DNA of 64,000 nucleotides from Polyangiales bacterium (GTDB lineage: Bacteria; Myxococcota_A; Polyangia; Polyangiales; Polyangiaceae): the NCBI GenBank assembly GCA_038230375.1, contig JBBRNJ010000004.1, forward strand, positions 1 to 64,000, written 5' to 3'. Numbering within the stretch: position 1 is the stretch's first letter; every line of letters starts with the position of its first letter. Under the pieces are notes generated by a model. It was not told the DNA's origin, ran no database searches, and saw only the letters and a program-made list of their open reading frames with translations. This document shows positions 27,913 through 36,542 of the stretch, in pieces. The translations under genes and the position numbers were made by a program.

Positions 27913-28803
27913 GTGAAGATGCTCCCCGCCTCTCTTGTGGTCGCTGCGACATTCGCGGTGGGTGTGCTCACAGCCCTCTCCGCGTGCACGACCGAGACGA
28001 CTGTGATCCCGAGCTCGTCCTCCGAAGGAGGCGTCGCCGGCGATGGCGGGAGCACCGACACCACCACGGACGGTGGCTCGATGGTCGTCACGTTGCCAGA
28101 CGGAGCCACAGTCGTCGTCGACTCAGGCAAGGCCGGGGGCCCCGGTGATCCGGCGTTCGGCGGCTCGTCCGGCGGCGCGGGCGGAAGCGTGCCCGTCGCG
28201 GGCGCCACGATGACAGCAGGCGCCATCACGTACCGCCTGATCGTGCCCGCGAGCTACGCCCCGACCACCCCGAGTGCATTCCTCCTCGTGTACAGCGGCA
28301 CCGAGGGCGGCTCCGTGATGACGATGAACCTGCAGAGCGTGGGCCCGTCCACGGGAACCGGCGGCTTCATCCGCGCCGTGCTCGATGGCGTGACGTACAA
28401 CGGCGACGGCAACGCGGGCGCAACGGTGCTCGACGAGATACGTGCAAAATACAACATCGACAACGATCGCACGTACCTGCTCGGAGAGTCGGCCGGTACC
28501 ACCGCGGCGCTCAAGCTCGGCTTCCACATCCGGCAGTCGTACTTTGCTGCGTACTGGGCGAACGACATCAACGCGTCCGACACGCCCGGAGCCACCGCAG
28601 CCACCCTGGGCTTCGCCCCCAACGGACAGGTGGGACCGGGCGGCGACTTCACCGACGCAAACAGCGTCATCGCTGCCATGAAGACGGCCGGGTACATTGT
28701 GCCCACACCTGCCCCGTATGCGGGAGCGGGCGCAGGCACGCACGGCGACCAGAATCAGTTCATTGCGGCCATCACCTGGTTCCCGGGCAAGTCCCGCAAG
28801 TGA
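27913..28803 (+). CDS. Lipoprotein with an alpha/beta-hydrolase (esterase-like) domain
   Basis: Lipobox LSAC; YRLIVPASY; YNIDNDRTYLLGESAG nucleophile elbow; C-terminal GAGTH. Start is GTG 27913 or ATG 27919. Confidence 0.7.
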   Translation: MKMLPASLVVAATFAVGVLTALSACTTETTVIPSSSSEGGVAGDGGSTDTTTDGGSMVVTLPDGATVVVDSGKAGGPGDPAFGGSSGGAGGSVPVAGATMTAGAITYRLIVPASYAPTTPSAFLLVYSGTEGGSVMTMNLQSVGPSTGTGGFIRAVLDGVTYNGDGNAGATVLDEIRAKYNIDNDRTYLLGESAGTTAALKLGFHIRQSYFAAYWANDINASDTPGATAATLGFAPNGQVGPGGDFTDANSVIAAMKTAGYIVPTPAPYAGAGAGTHGDQNQFIAAITWFPGKSRK

Positions 28804-28883
28804 GCCAGTCTGCGTGAATCTGCGTACAAACTGAGTATTTCCGGTTCTGGGCTCCCTCCGGGTATCATTGGAGTTGGTTCCCG

Positions 28884-30743
28884 ATGCCGGATGACGAGAT
28901 AGAGGACACGGCGACGGGGATTGGTCCCATCCCCGCGACCCATCCTTCCATGGAGGAGGAGTTCTCCACGTCCATCACGAAGGCGCCCCCCGCGGCTGCG
29001 GAGGAGTCGCTCGAGGACGCTCCCACCGGCGTGACGCGCTCACCCATCGACGCTGCAGCCCCCACGGAAGACCAGCCGAGCAACTCGGCGCCGGCGACGG
29101 TGGCCGCTCCCGAGGCACCCTCCGAAGATGCACCAACGGGCATTGCGAAGGCGCCATCGCGACCCGACGCGCCGGTGACGGAGGCGCACGCAGCCGACGA
29201 CGATGGACCCACCAGCATCTCGCGCGTCGCGCTCGACGACGACTGGGAGGGCCCCGTCACCGCGGGCGCAGCAGAGCCCGACGATGATCCTCACGAGGAC
29301 GGACCGACGGGGGTCACGAAGGTCGATCTGCCACCGCCCGATGAAGTGCCGACCGGACGCGCCGCGCGCCCCGCAGGCATCGTTGTTCCTGGCGTGCGCA
29401 AGGTCGGTCCGGCCGCGGGTGCGCCAGCGACGCAGCCCACGTCGCCACCCAGCTCGAAGCAGCCTCTGACCCAAGACCCAGAGGAAGACAGCGTCGTCAC
29501 ACTGCAGAAGGCCGTACCGGACGGGAAGGACGAGAGCATCGTCACCATCCAGCCGAGCGCGAAGCACCACGCCCTCGCGAAGATCTCACCGCCCGCGAAG
29601 ACACCCACGCCTCCGAAGGCAGGGTCCGTTGGAAAGCTCCCCGCCGCGAGCCCGCCGCCGCGACAAAGACCAGCTGCGTCCGACATCTACGACGTCGACG
29701 ATGACAAGACCGAGCGTCGCGACATCCCTTCCGAGGAGATCAACCGCGCGATCGCACGCGCCAAGATGGAGCCCGTCAACATCTCGGAGCTCCCGGACGA
29801 GTCACCCACCGCGCGCCGCGCTGACCTCGCGATCACGCCGAAGACCGGCGTGCGGTCCGCGATGCCACCACTCGCCGGCGAGGAGGAGCCGTCGGAGCTG
29901 GCGACCGAGACGGACCTTGGCCCCCTCGTGCGCCGCTCGCTGGGCGACAACGTGGTGCGGCCGCCGTACAACAGCGAAACGGACAGCGTGATCACCGAGC
30001 CGGCGATCGACAAGGAGAGTCGGGTCCCGCGCACCACGAACCTGATGAACACGTCGCCCGTGCCGCGCACGACGCAGCAGGGCATGGCGCCGCCGCCACC
30101 GCGACCGCCAGAGAACTCGCTGGGCACGGACTCGTACACGTTCCAGGGAGGCGCCGGCGAGCTGCAGGCCGTGATCCCCATGACAGCCGCTACGAAGGTG
30201 TCGTCAGGTCCGGCTGCACCCACGTCGAACGCGCTCATGCTGTCTGCGGCGGGTGCTCCATCCACCCAGAGCATGGCCATCCAGCAGCTGCCCGGTGGCT
30301 ACTCGCAGCCAGCGCAACCGCCTTCGTCCGGACCGCACCTGCAAGCGGCCATGACGTTGCAGTCCGCCGCGATGCTGCCCACGGCGCCCGCCGCGTTTCC
30401 GCCGGGTCTCCCGGCCGGCGCGCTGAACGGCACGATCCAGCCGGCAAACGGCCTGCCCTCTGGACGCATGCAGGTCGCGGGCTCGTTCCCGCCGCCCATC
30501 ATGGGCAGCTCGCCCAGCGGGCTCGGGTTCGCAGACATGAGCAACGCTCCGCGCCCGATGGAGGAGCCGCGCTGGATCGTGCTCGTCCTCGGAGTGCTTG
30601 CAGTATGCATCTTGATCCCCACGGTGTTGTACGTGGTGCTGCGTTCGCGCGCGGACGACGCCGCGGCCGAGGAGACACCCACACGTGCGAACGTCACGAT
30701 CCAGAACGTGCAGCCCAGAGATGTCGGCAAGCGCGGCCGCTAG
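28884..30743 (+). CDS. Disordered Pro/acidic protein with one C-terminal TM helix
   Basis: 619-aa low-complexity ORF with repeated (D/E)xxPT motifs. TM helix WIVLVLGVLAVCILIPTVLYVVL. Confidence 0.75.
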   Translation: MPDDEIEDTATGIGPIPATHPSMEEEFSTSITKAPPAAAEESLEDAPTGVTRSPIDAAAPTEDQPSNSAPATVAAPEAPSEDAPTGIAKAPSRPDAPVTEAHAADDDGPTSISRVALDDDWEGPVTAGAAEPDDDPHEDGPTGVTKVDLPPPDEVPTGRAARPAGIVVPGVRKVGPAAGAPATQPTSPPSSKQPLTQDPEEDSVVTLQKAVPDGKDESIVTIQPSAKHHALAKISPPAKTPTPPKAGSVGKLPAASPPPRQRPAASDIYDVDDDKTERRDIPSEEINRAIARAKMEPVNISELPDESPTARRADLAITPKTGVRSAMPPLAGEEEPSELATETDLGPLVRRSLGDNVVRPPYNSETDSVITEPAIDKESRVPRTTNLMNTSPVPRTTQQGMAPPPPRPPENSLGTDSYTFQGGAGELQAVIPMTAATKVSSGPAAPTSNALMLSAAGAPSTQSMAIQQLPGGYSQPAQPPSSGPHLQAAMTLQSAAMLPTAPAAFPPGLPAGALNGTIQPANGLPSGRMQVAGSFPPPIMGSSPSGLGFADMSNAPRPMEEPRWIVLVLGVLAVCILIPTVLYVVLRSRADDAAAEETPTRANVTIQNVQPRDVGKRGR

Positions 30744-31077
30744 AAGCGCGCTCGCGTTCGCGCTGCTTGCAAGCTGCAGCCGAGGCTCGACGACGACGAC
30801 CTCGACCTCGACCTCGACCTCGACCAAGAAGGCGCCTGTGGGGCTGCCGCTCACGAAGAAGATGCTCATGAACCACCCCGAGCTCGGCCCGCTGTCGCTC
30901 GTCGTGGTTCCGTCGGGCGACCGACTGGTGGTGGGCGTGCCCGCGCGGGACCTCGCGCATGCGCAGGCGATCGCGAAGACGCTGGAGAAGGAGGGCGGTC
31001 TGTCGCCGGAGCTCTCCTGCGCGCAACCCACGCCCGAGATCACGGTGCCAGTGAGCACGTCCGACGCGGGCCCGTGA
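30721..31077 (+). CDS. Small lipoprotein with a Thr-Ser linker
   Basis: Lipobox LASC followed by an ACCTCG array. Confidence 0.6.
   Translation: MSASAAARSALAFALLASCSRGSTTTTSTSTSTSTKKAPVGLPLTKKMLMNHPELGPLSLVVVPSGDRLVVGVPARDLAHAQAIAKTLEKEGGLSPELSCAQPTPEITVPVSTSDAGP
30790..30825 (+). repeat. Short ACCTCG array (coding Thr-Ser)
   Basis: ACG x3, then ACCTCG x4. Confidence 0.8.
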
Positions 31078-31096
31078 GCACCGTGGCAACGGTGCG

Positions 31097-32674
31097 TCAG
31101 TGACCAGCGCGGCCGGGGCGTGCGTTCCACAGCGTGGCGATGAGCGCGGCGCCGACGATCGCGAACGGCACCTGCGTGATGCCCCACGCGCCCCAGCCCC
31201 AGCGATCGATCACGCGGCCGAGCGCCTGAGCCACTATGGCGCCCGCCACGTACTGCGCGCCGTCGAACAGACCCGCAGCCGTGGCGACGGCCTTCTTGCC
31301 ACCGAAGTCCATGGATGCAGCCCCGCCGACCATCGAGTGCGCGGACTGGATGAAGAACGCCAGGAACACCATCATCCATGCGGCGAACAGCGGGCCACCA
31401 CCGACGACCTTGAAGATGATCTGCACCACAGCCATTCCCACGAACGCAACGAAGATCACCGGCGCGCGGCGATTGCCGAAGATCGCGTCCGACATGTTGC
31501 CTGACACGATGCCGCCGAACACGCTGGCGATGGGCATGGCCACGGACGCGAACGTGAGGCAGATGGTCGCGCGGCGCGCATCTTCCGTGTTGTCGAGCAC
31601 CTTGTAGAGCAGCACGCCGACAATGAAGAAGAACACGCCCACCAGCGAGAACGTGGTGGTGAACCTGCGGAGCACGGACCACTCCGTGATGCGGTCCACG
31701 CGGCGCTTCACGTAGAGGAGCCCGAGGATCACGAACACCGAAGCGACCAGCGCGCTCACGTTGATGACCACCATGCGCACGTCGCGCGCAACGGGCTTCG
31801 CGTGGTGGACGTTGGCGAAGAACTTGGGGAACCAGTCGTCCGTGCCGTTGCGCACGAAGCCGATCATCATGGACGCGAGCGCGATGATCCACATCTGAGG
31901 ATTCGCGAAGACCTTCTTCAAGACAAAGGCGAGGCCGCCGCTCTTGTCGTCACCGGGCGCTTCGTCGCCGGTGATGAGCTCACCCAGGCCAGCATCTGCG
32001 GGCGAGTTCTCCACCAGCTTCCAGTTCAGCAAGATGAGGATCACAAGCGAGAATGCGGGCACCCAGAAGACCCACTGCCACGGCAGTGTGCCGGCGATGA
32101 GCGGCCCGACCGCGAACGCCAGCGTGCGGCCGGACTGGATCATGATGCCGAAGATGCCGGCAAAGGAGCCGCGCTCGTTCACGGCGAACCACGACGCGTT
32201 GATCTTCACGATGGAGAGCGCGCCGAACGACTGGAAGTAATGGTTGAGCGCCCAGAGGACGGCGAACGTGGCGACCATGGAGCTTGTGGTCATGCCTGCG
32301 CTGAGGACTGCTGGCGTGAGCACGGACTTGTGATCGGGCGCCCACACGGCGTCCGTCACCAGGAAGTACGCGCACGCGCCGAACAGCAGGTTGAACACGC
32401 TGGCGCCGGCCGCGCCGATCAGGATGGCCCGCTTGCCGCCGATGCGGTCCGCGAGCGGGCCGTTCAGAAAGACGGAGATGCCGTAGCAGATCTTGCCGGC
32501 AGAGATGATGTTGCCGAGATCGGTATTGGTCCACCCGAAGCGCTCCGAGAGCAGGGCGTTGACCGCGGAGAAGTTGTACCGGCCCATGTAGAACATGGCG
32601 TACATGAGGCCGAGAAAGACCCAGTTCTGGACGCGTCGAGCGCGAAACTTGGGGTCCAGGTTGTCGGCCAGCAT
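31097..32674 (-). CDS. MFS transporter, GlpT/UhpT (organophosphate:Pi antiporter)-like
   Basis: YMGRYNF, GPLADRIGGKR, WFAVNERG, MDFGGKKAVATAAGLFDGAQY. Confidence 0.88.
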   Translation of the reverse strand: MLADNLDPKFRARRVQNWVFLGLMYAMFYMGRYNFSAVNALLSERFGWTNTDLGNIISAGKICYGISVFLNGPLADRIGGKRAILIGAAGASVFNLLFGACAYFLVTDAVWAPDHKSVLTPAVLSAGMTTSSMVATFAVLWALNHYFQSFGALSIVKINASWFAVNERGSFAGIFGIMIQSGRTLAFAVGPLIAGTLPWQWVFWVPAFSLVILILLNWKLVENSPADAGLGELITGDEAPGDDKSGGLAFVLKKVFANPQMWIIALASMMIGFVRNGTDDWFPKFFANVHHAKPVARDVRMVVINVSALVASVFVILGLLYVKRRVDRITEWSVLRRFTTTFSLVGVFFFIVGVLLYKVLDNTEDARRATICLTFASVAMPIASVFGGIVSGNMSDAIFGNRRAPVIFVAFVGMAVVQIIFKVVGGGPLFAAWMMVFLAFFIQSAHSMVGGAASMDFGGKKAVATAAGLFDGAQYVAGAIVAQALGRVIDRWGWGAWGITQVPFAIVGAALIATLWNARPGRAGH

Positions 32675-32774
32675 CGGTAGCTGACGCCAGCCTAACATCA
32701 CCCTTTTCCGTCCGCGCGGCTTTGCTTGCGCGTTTCCAATTCACAGGCGACGATGGCGTCCGGCCCGCACCCGC

Positions 32775-33668
32775 ATGCAGCACTCCGAGCTCCTCGCCCA
32801 ACTCCCGCTCTTCGACACGCTGAACCAGGAGGACCTGGAGGCGCTGGCGAACAAGCTGACGGAGCGCCCATTCGCGCAGGGCAGCACCGTGTTCGCGAAG
32901 GGCGATCAGGGCTCGTCCATGTACATCGTGCTCTCTGGCGCGGTGCAGATCTTCCTGCCTGGTGACAAGAAGGACGACGCGCCCGTCGTGCTCAAGGACG
33001 TGCGCACGGGCGAGTACTTCGGCGAGCTCTCGCTCTTCGACGACAAGCCGCGCTCTGCAAGCGTGGAAGCTACGGTCGACACGGTCTTGCTCGAGCTCAC
33101 GCGCGAGGAGTTCGGCGAGCACCTCAGCAAGTCGAAGACCGCGGCCCTGGCGATCCTCGCAGAGATGGCCGAGCGCCTGCGCGAGACGAACGCGATGCTC
33201 AGCCAGCGCGCCGCGAAGGACGTCGTCAAGGAGATCGAGGAGAACCTGACGTGGGGGCAGCGGCTCGCCGACAAGGTCGCGGACCTGAACGGCAGCTGGG
33301 CGTTCATGGGCTTCCTGGTTGCGCTGACGCTGGTGTGGGCGAGCGTGAACAAGCTACTCCCGCACCCGTTCGACGAGTACCCGTTCGTGTTCTTCAACCT
33401 GCTGCTCGCGATCCTGGTCGCGCTGCAGGGCCCGCTCATCGTCATGAGCCAGAACCGCCAGACCATGAAGGACCGCGCGCAGGCCGAGACGGACTTCCGC
33501 GTGAACCTCAAGAACGAGGTCGGGATCGAAGGCATCATCCGCGACCTGGGCGCATTTCGCGCAGAGACCGCGAAGCGCCTGGATGTGCTCGAGCGCCACG
33601 CGCGCGCGGACCGCGTTCGCACAGAGGTCCCCGCGAAGAAGCCGGGCGGGCCACTCGGCCCTTCCTGA
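32775..33668 (+). CDS. cNMP-binding plus DUF1003 membrane protein
   Basis: FGELSLFDDKPRSASV; GQRLADKVADLNGSW; FDEYPFVFFNLLL; PLIVMSQNRQ. Confidence 0.92.
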   Translation: MQHSELLAQLPLFDTLNQEDLEALANKLTERPFAQGSTVFAKGDQGSSMYIVLSGAVQIFLPGDKKDDAPVVLKDVRTGEYFGELSLFDDKPRSASVEATVDTVLLELTREEFGEHLSKSKTAALAILAEMAERLRETNAMLSQRAAKDVVKEIEENLTWGQRLADKVADLNGSWAFMGFLVALTLVWASVNKLLPHPFDEYPFVFFNLLLAILVALQGPLIVMSQNRQTMKDRAQAETDFRVNLKNEVGIEGIIRDLGAFRAETAKRLDVLERHARADRVRTEVPAKKPGGPLGPS

Positions 33669-33773
33669 AACCCGCTCGGCCCTGCTGAGGCCCACTCGGC
33701 CCTTCCCGAAGGGAACCATGGCGGGATTCAGGCGCCGCCGGATAGCGGCGGGACCGTGTAAACTGGTAAGTCA

Positions 33774-36542
33774 ATGGTCGATGCCAATCAGCCAGCTGGG
33801 GACGATCCCATAGCGATGGCGGAGGCTCGCGTGGGCACCTCGCTGAACGCGAAGTGGACGCTCGAGCGGCTCCTTGGGGTGGGCGGCATGGGGGCGGTGT
33901 TCGCCGCGAGGCACCGCAATGGAACGCGCGCGGCCGTGAAGCTCCTGCACGCGCAGTACGCACGCGAGTCGAACATCCGCGAGCGATTCCTGCGCGAGGG
34001 GCGTATCGCGAACCGCGTTGACCACCCAGCGCGCGTCCCCGTGACCGACGACGACGTCAGCGACAGGGGCGAGCCGTTCCTCGTGATGGACCTCCTCGAG
34101 GGCGGAACCTTGAACGAGCTGCGCCGCCGCACGGATGGCATTCTGTCGCTGGAGGACACGCTCCGCATCGTCGACACCGTGCTGGACCTCCTCGGCAAGT
34201 GCCACGCCGTGGGCATCGTTCATCGCGACATCAAGCCTGCAAACATCTTCATCACGGAGGACGGCAGCGTGAAGGTGCTCGACTTCGGCGTCGCTCGGAT
34301 GCGTGAGCCCGACTCGGGGGTGGAGGCGACGCGGCTGGGAATGGCCATCGGAACGCCGTCGTACATCGCCCCGGAGCAAGCGCTCGGTCTTGGCGCGCAG
34401 GTCGACGGGCGCTCCGACATCTTCTCCGTTGGCGCGTGCATGTACGTCGCGCTCACCGGCAAGCGCCTGAATCACGCGCGGACAGAGGCAGAGTCGTTCG
34501 TGATGGCAGCCACGCACAAGGCGCCGTCAATCGCGAACCTGGCTCCGGATCTTCCGGTGGAGGTCGTGGCCTGTGTGGACCGCGCGCTCGCGTTCGAGCG
34601 CGAGAAGCGCTTCCAGGACGCAGCGTCGATGCGCAGCGAGGTCCTTGGTCTGCTCGCCGCATTGCGCGCTGGTCAGCTGGTCCGTGGGGGGCCGAAGAAG
34701 GAAGGAGGGCTCCGCATCCGAGCGAACGACGCGCTCGACGAAAACGAGGAGCTCGAACCGGCGAAGACGAAGGAAGTCCAGGCGCGGCTCCAGGCCGTAT
34801 GGCAGCAGATCGGGACGTGCTTGATGGACGTGCGCCAGTACGGGTGGACGCATCCAGTTGCACAGCGCGCGCTCGACGCCGGCCTCCAGCAGATCGACGA
34901 TGCGCTCGCCAAGAACCCTCGAGCCGTCCGGTGGGATGTCGGCCCGGGAGCGTTTCTCTTCCAGGGCGTCCCCGTGTGGGCGCCCGATCGGATCCCGTTC
35001 GACCGGGTTCCGTATCAGCTGTTCGCGGACGGCGTTAGGCACATCCAGATCAAGGAAGGGTTCACGAAGGACGAGCTCCGCGACCTGCTCGGGATCTTGC
35101 TCCGCGATCTGGTCGATGGCGCTGGCTCGGAGGACGACGCGGTGACGGCGTTCTGGGACCGCCGCTTCGAGCACGTCGCCTACGTCGCGATCGAAGCGTT
35201 CGCCGAGACCGAGCACCAGATGAAGGAGAGCGCGGATCTGGCGCGCGAGCTGGCGGCCGCGGCGCAGCTCGATCGTGATTGGCTCCATGCTTCGCTCGAG
35301 GGGCGCGCGATGCGCCTGAACCTGACCTCGCAGCTGCGGCAGAGCGGAGAGGCCGCGGCCGCACTGGCGCTGGATCCGATCCAGCGCGCCACCATGGGCG
35401 CGCAGCTGAACATGAGCGACGACAAATGGCTGGAGCGCTTCGTCGAGGCGTTCGCCGACGCGTGGATCGACGCGCGCGCACGTGGAGACCTGGCGCTGCT
35501 AACGGACGTCATCCGCGAGTGGACGGCCGACGAGCTCCGCCTGAACGCCTCGAAGGAGATCTTCGAGGTGTTCCATGCGATCAATCGCGCGCTCTCGCAG
35601 CGCGCACCGGCGGAGGCGGCGCAGCTCACGCGCTCCCTTTCGGAGGTGATGTTCCCGGCCAAGGTCCTTGCAGAGGTCCTGGGAGTGATCGAGAAGGAGG
35701 GGCGCGAGGCATCCGGCGCGCAGGAGGTGCCGACCGTCGTCATCGCCGGTATCGAGCAGGCGCTCTTCGTGCTGGATTCCCCGGCGATGCTGGAGCTCGC
35801 TTGCGGGTGCTTCGGCGCAACGCGATCGGACGATCTGCGCAAGGTGACCTCCGGCTACGTCCGGCACTGGGCTCGCGGCAATGAAGCGCGGCTTGGCGCG
35901 GTGCTCGAGTCCGCGCCGGCGGACACTGGGCTCCTCATCGTCGGCCTGCTCGCGTCGGTCCAGACCAAGGATGCCGCCCGCGCCATCGAGCACGCAGCGC
36001 GGAATCCATCACTCGTCGTGCGCATCGAGGGCCTCTCGCAGCTCTCATCCGAGCAGGACGATGAAGTCCGCGCGCAGGTGCGCAAGCTCCTGGAGGATCC
36101 AGTGGTCGCCGCGCGTATGGAGACGCTGGAGCTCGTGGCGCAGCGTGGCCTGGTCGCGGCGGGCCCCGCGATCGTGCTGCAGATCCAGGCGCCCGCGTTT
36201 CATCTGCTCACGACCGACGAGCGGAAGAAGTGGCTCGACTGTCTGGTTGCGCTCAGCCCGCGCCGCGCGCTCGCGGTGTGCGTGGCGATCCTGAAGGAGC
36301 ACCAGATTGTCCCGACGGAGGCCGTGGAGGCAACGCGCGCGCTCGCTGCGGACGTCCTCGCCGACATGGCGTCCAAGGAGGCGCTCGAGGCAGCCGTGGA
36401 GGCCTCGAAGAAGCGCTGGTGGAATACCGCGCCCGTTCGCGAGGCAGCAGAGCGCGCCGTCAGACACATCACCGCGCTCATCGCGAGCGGCGTCGAGGAG
36501 CCGGGACAGAGCCCGCGGCGCAAGAAGGGAGATGGCCCGTGA
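33774..36542 (+). CDS. Ser/Thr protein kinase fused to a HEAT-repeat region
   Basis: GVGGMGAVF, AVKLL, HRDIKPAN, DFG and APE motifs. The C-terminal approx. 600 aa are helical/HEAT-like, with no TM helix. Confidence 0.92.
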   Translation: MVDANQPAGDDPIAMAEARVGTSLNAKWTLERLLGVGGMGAVFAARHRNGTRAAVKLLHAQYARESNIRERFLREGRIANRVDHPARVPVTDDDVSDRGEPFLVMDLLEGGTLNELRRRTDGILSLEDTLRIVDTVLDLLGKCHAVGIVHRDIKPANIFITEDGSVKVLDFGVARMREPDSGVEATRLGMAIGTPSYIAPEQALGLGAQVDGRSDIFSVGACMYVALTGKRLNHARTEAESFVMAATHKAPSIANLAPDLPVEVVACVDRALAFEREKRFQDAASMRSEVLGLLAALRAGQLVRGGPKKEGGLRIRANDALDENEELEPAKTKEVQARLQAVWQQIGTCLMDVRQYGWTHPVAQRALDAGLQQIDDALAKNPRAVRWDVGPGAFLFQGVPVWAPDRIPFDRVPYQLFADGVRHIQIKEGFTKDELRDLLGILLRDLVDGAGSEDDAVTAFWDRRFEHVAYVAIEAFAETEHQMKESADLARELAAAAQLDRDWLHASLEGRAMRLNLTSQLRQSGEAAAALALDPIQRATMGAQLNMSDDKWLERFVEAFADAWIDARARGDLALLTDVIREWTADELRLNASKEIFEVFHAINRALSQRAPAEAAQLTRSLSEVMFPAKVLAEVLGVIEKEGREASGAQEVPTVVIAGIEQALFVLDSPAMLELACGCFGATRSDDLRKVTSGYVRHWARGNEARLGAVLESAPADTGLLIVGLLASVQTKDAARAIEHAARNPSLVVRIEGLSQLSSEQDDEVRAQVRKLLEDPVVAARMETLELVAQRGLVAAGPAIVLQIQAPAFHLLTTDERKKWLDCLVALSPRRALAVCVAILKEHQIVPTEAVEATRALAADVLADMASKEALEAAVEASKKRWWNTAPVREAAERAVRHITALIASGVEEPGQSPRRKKGDGP

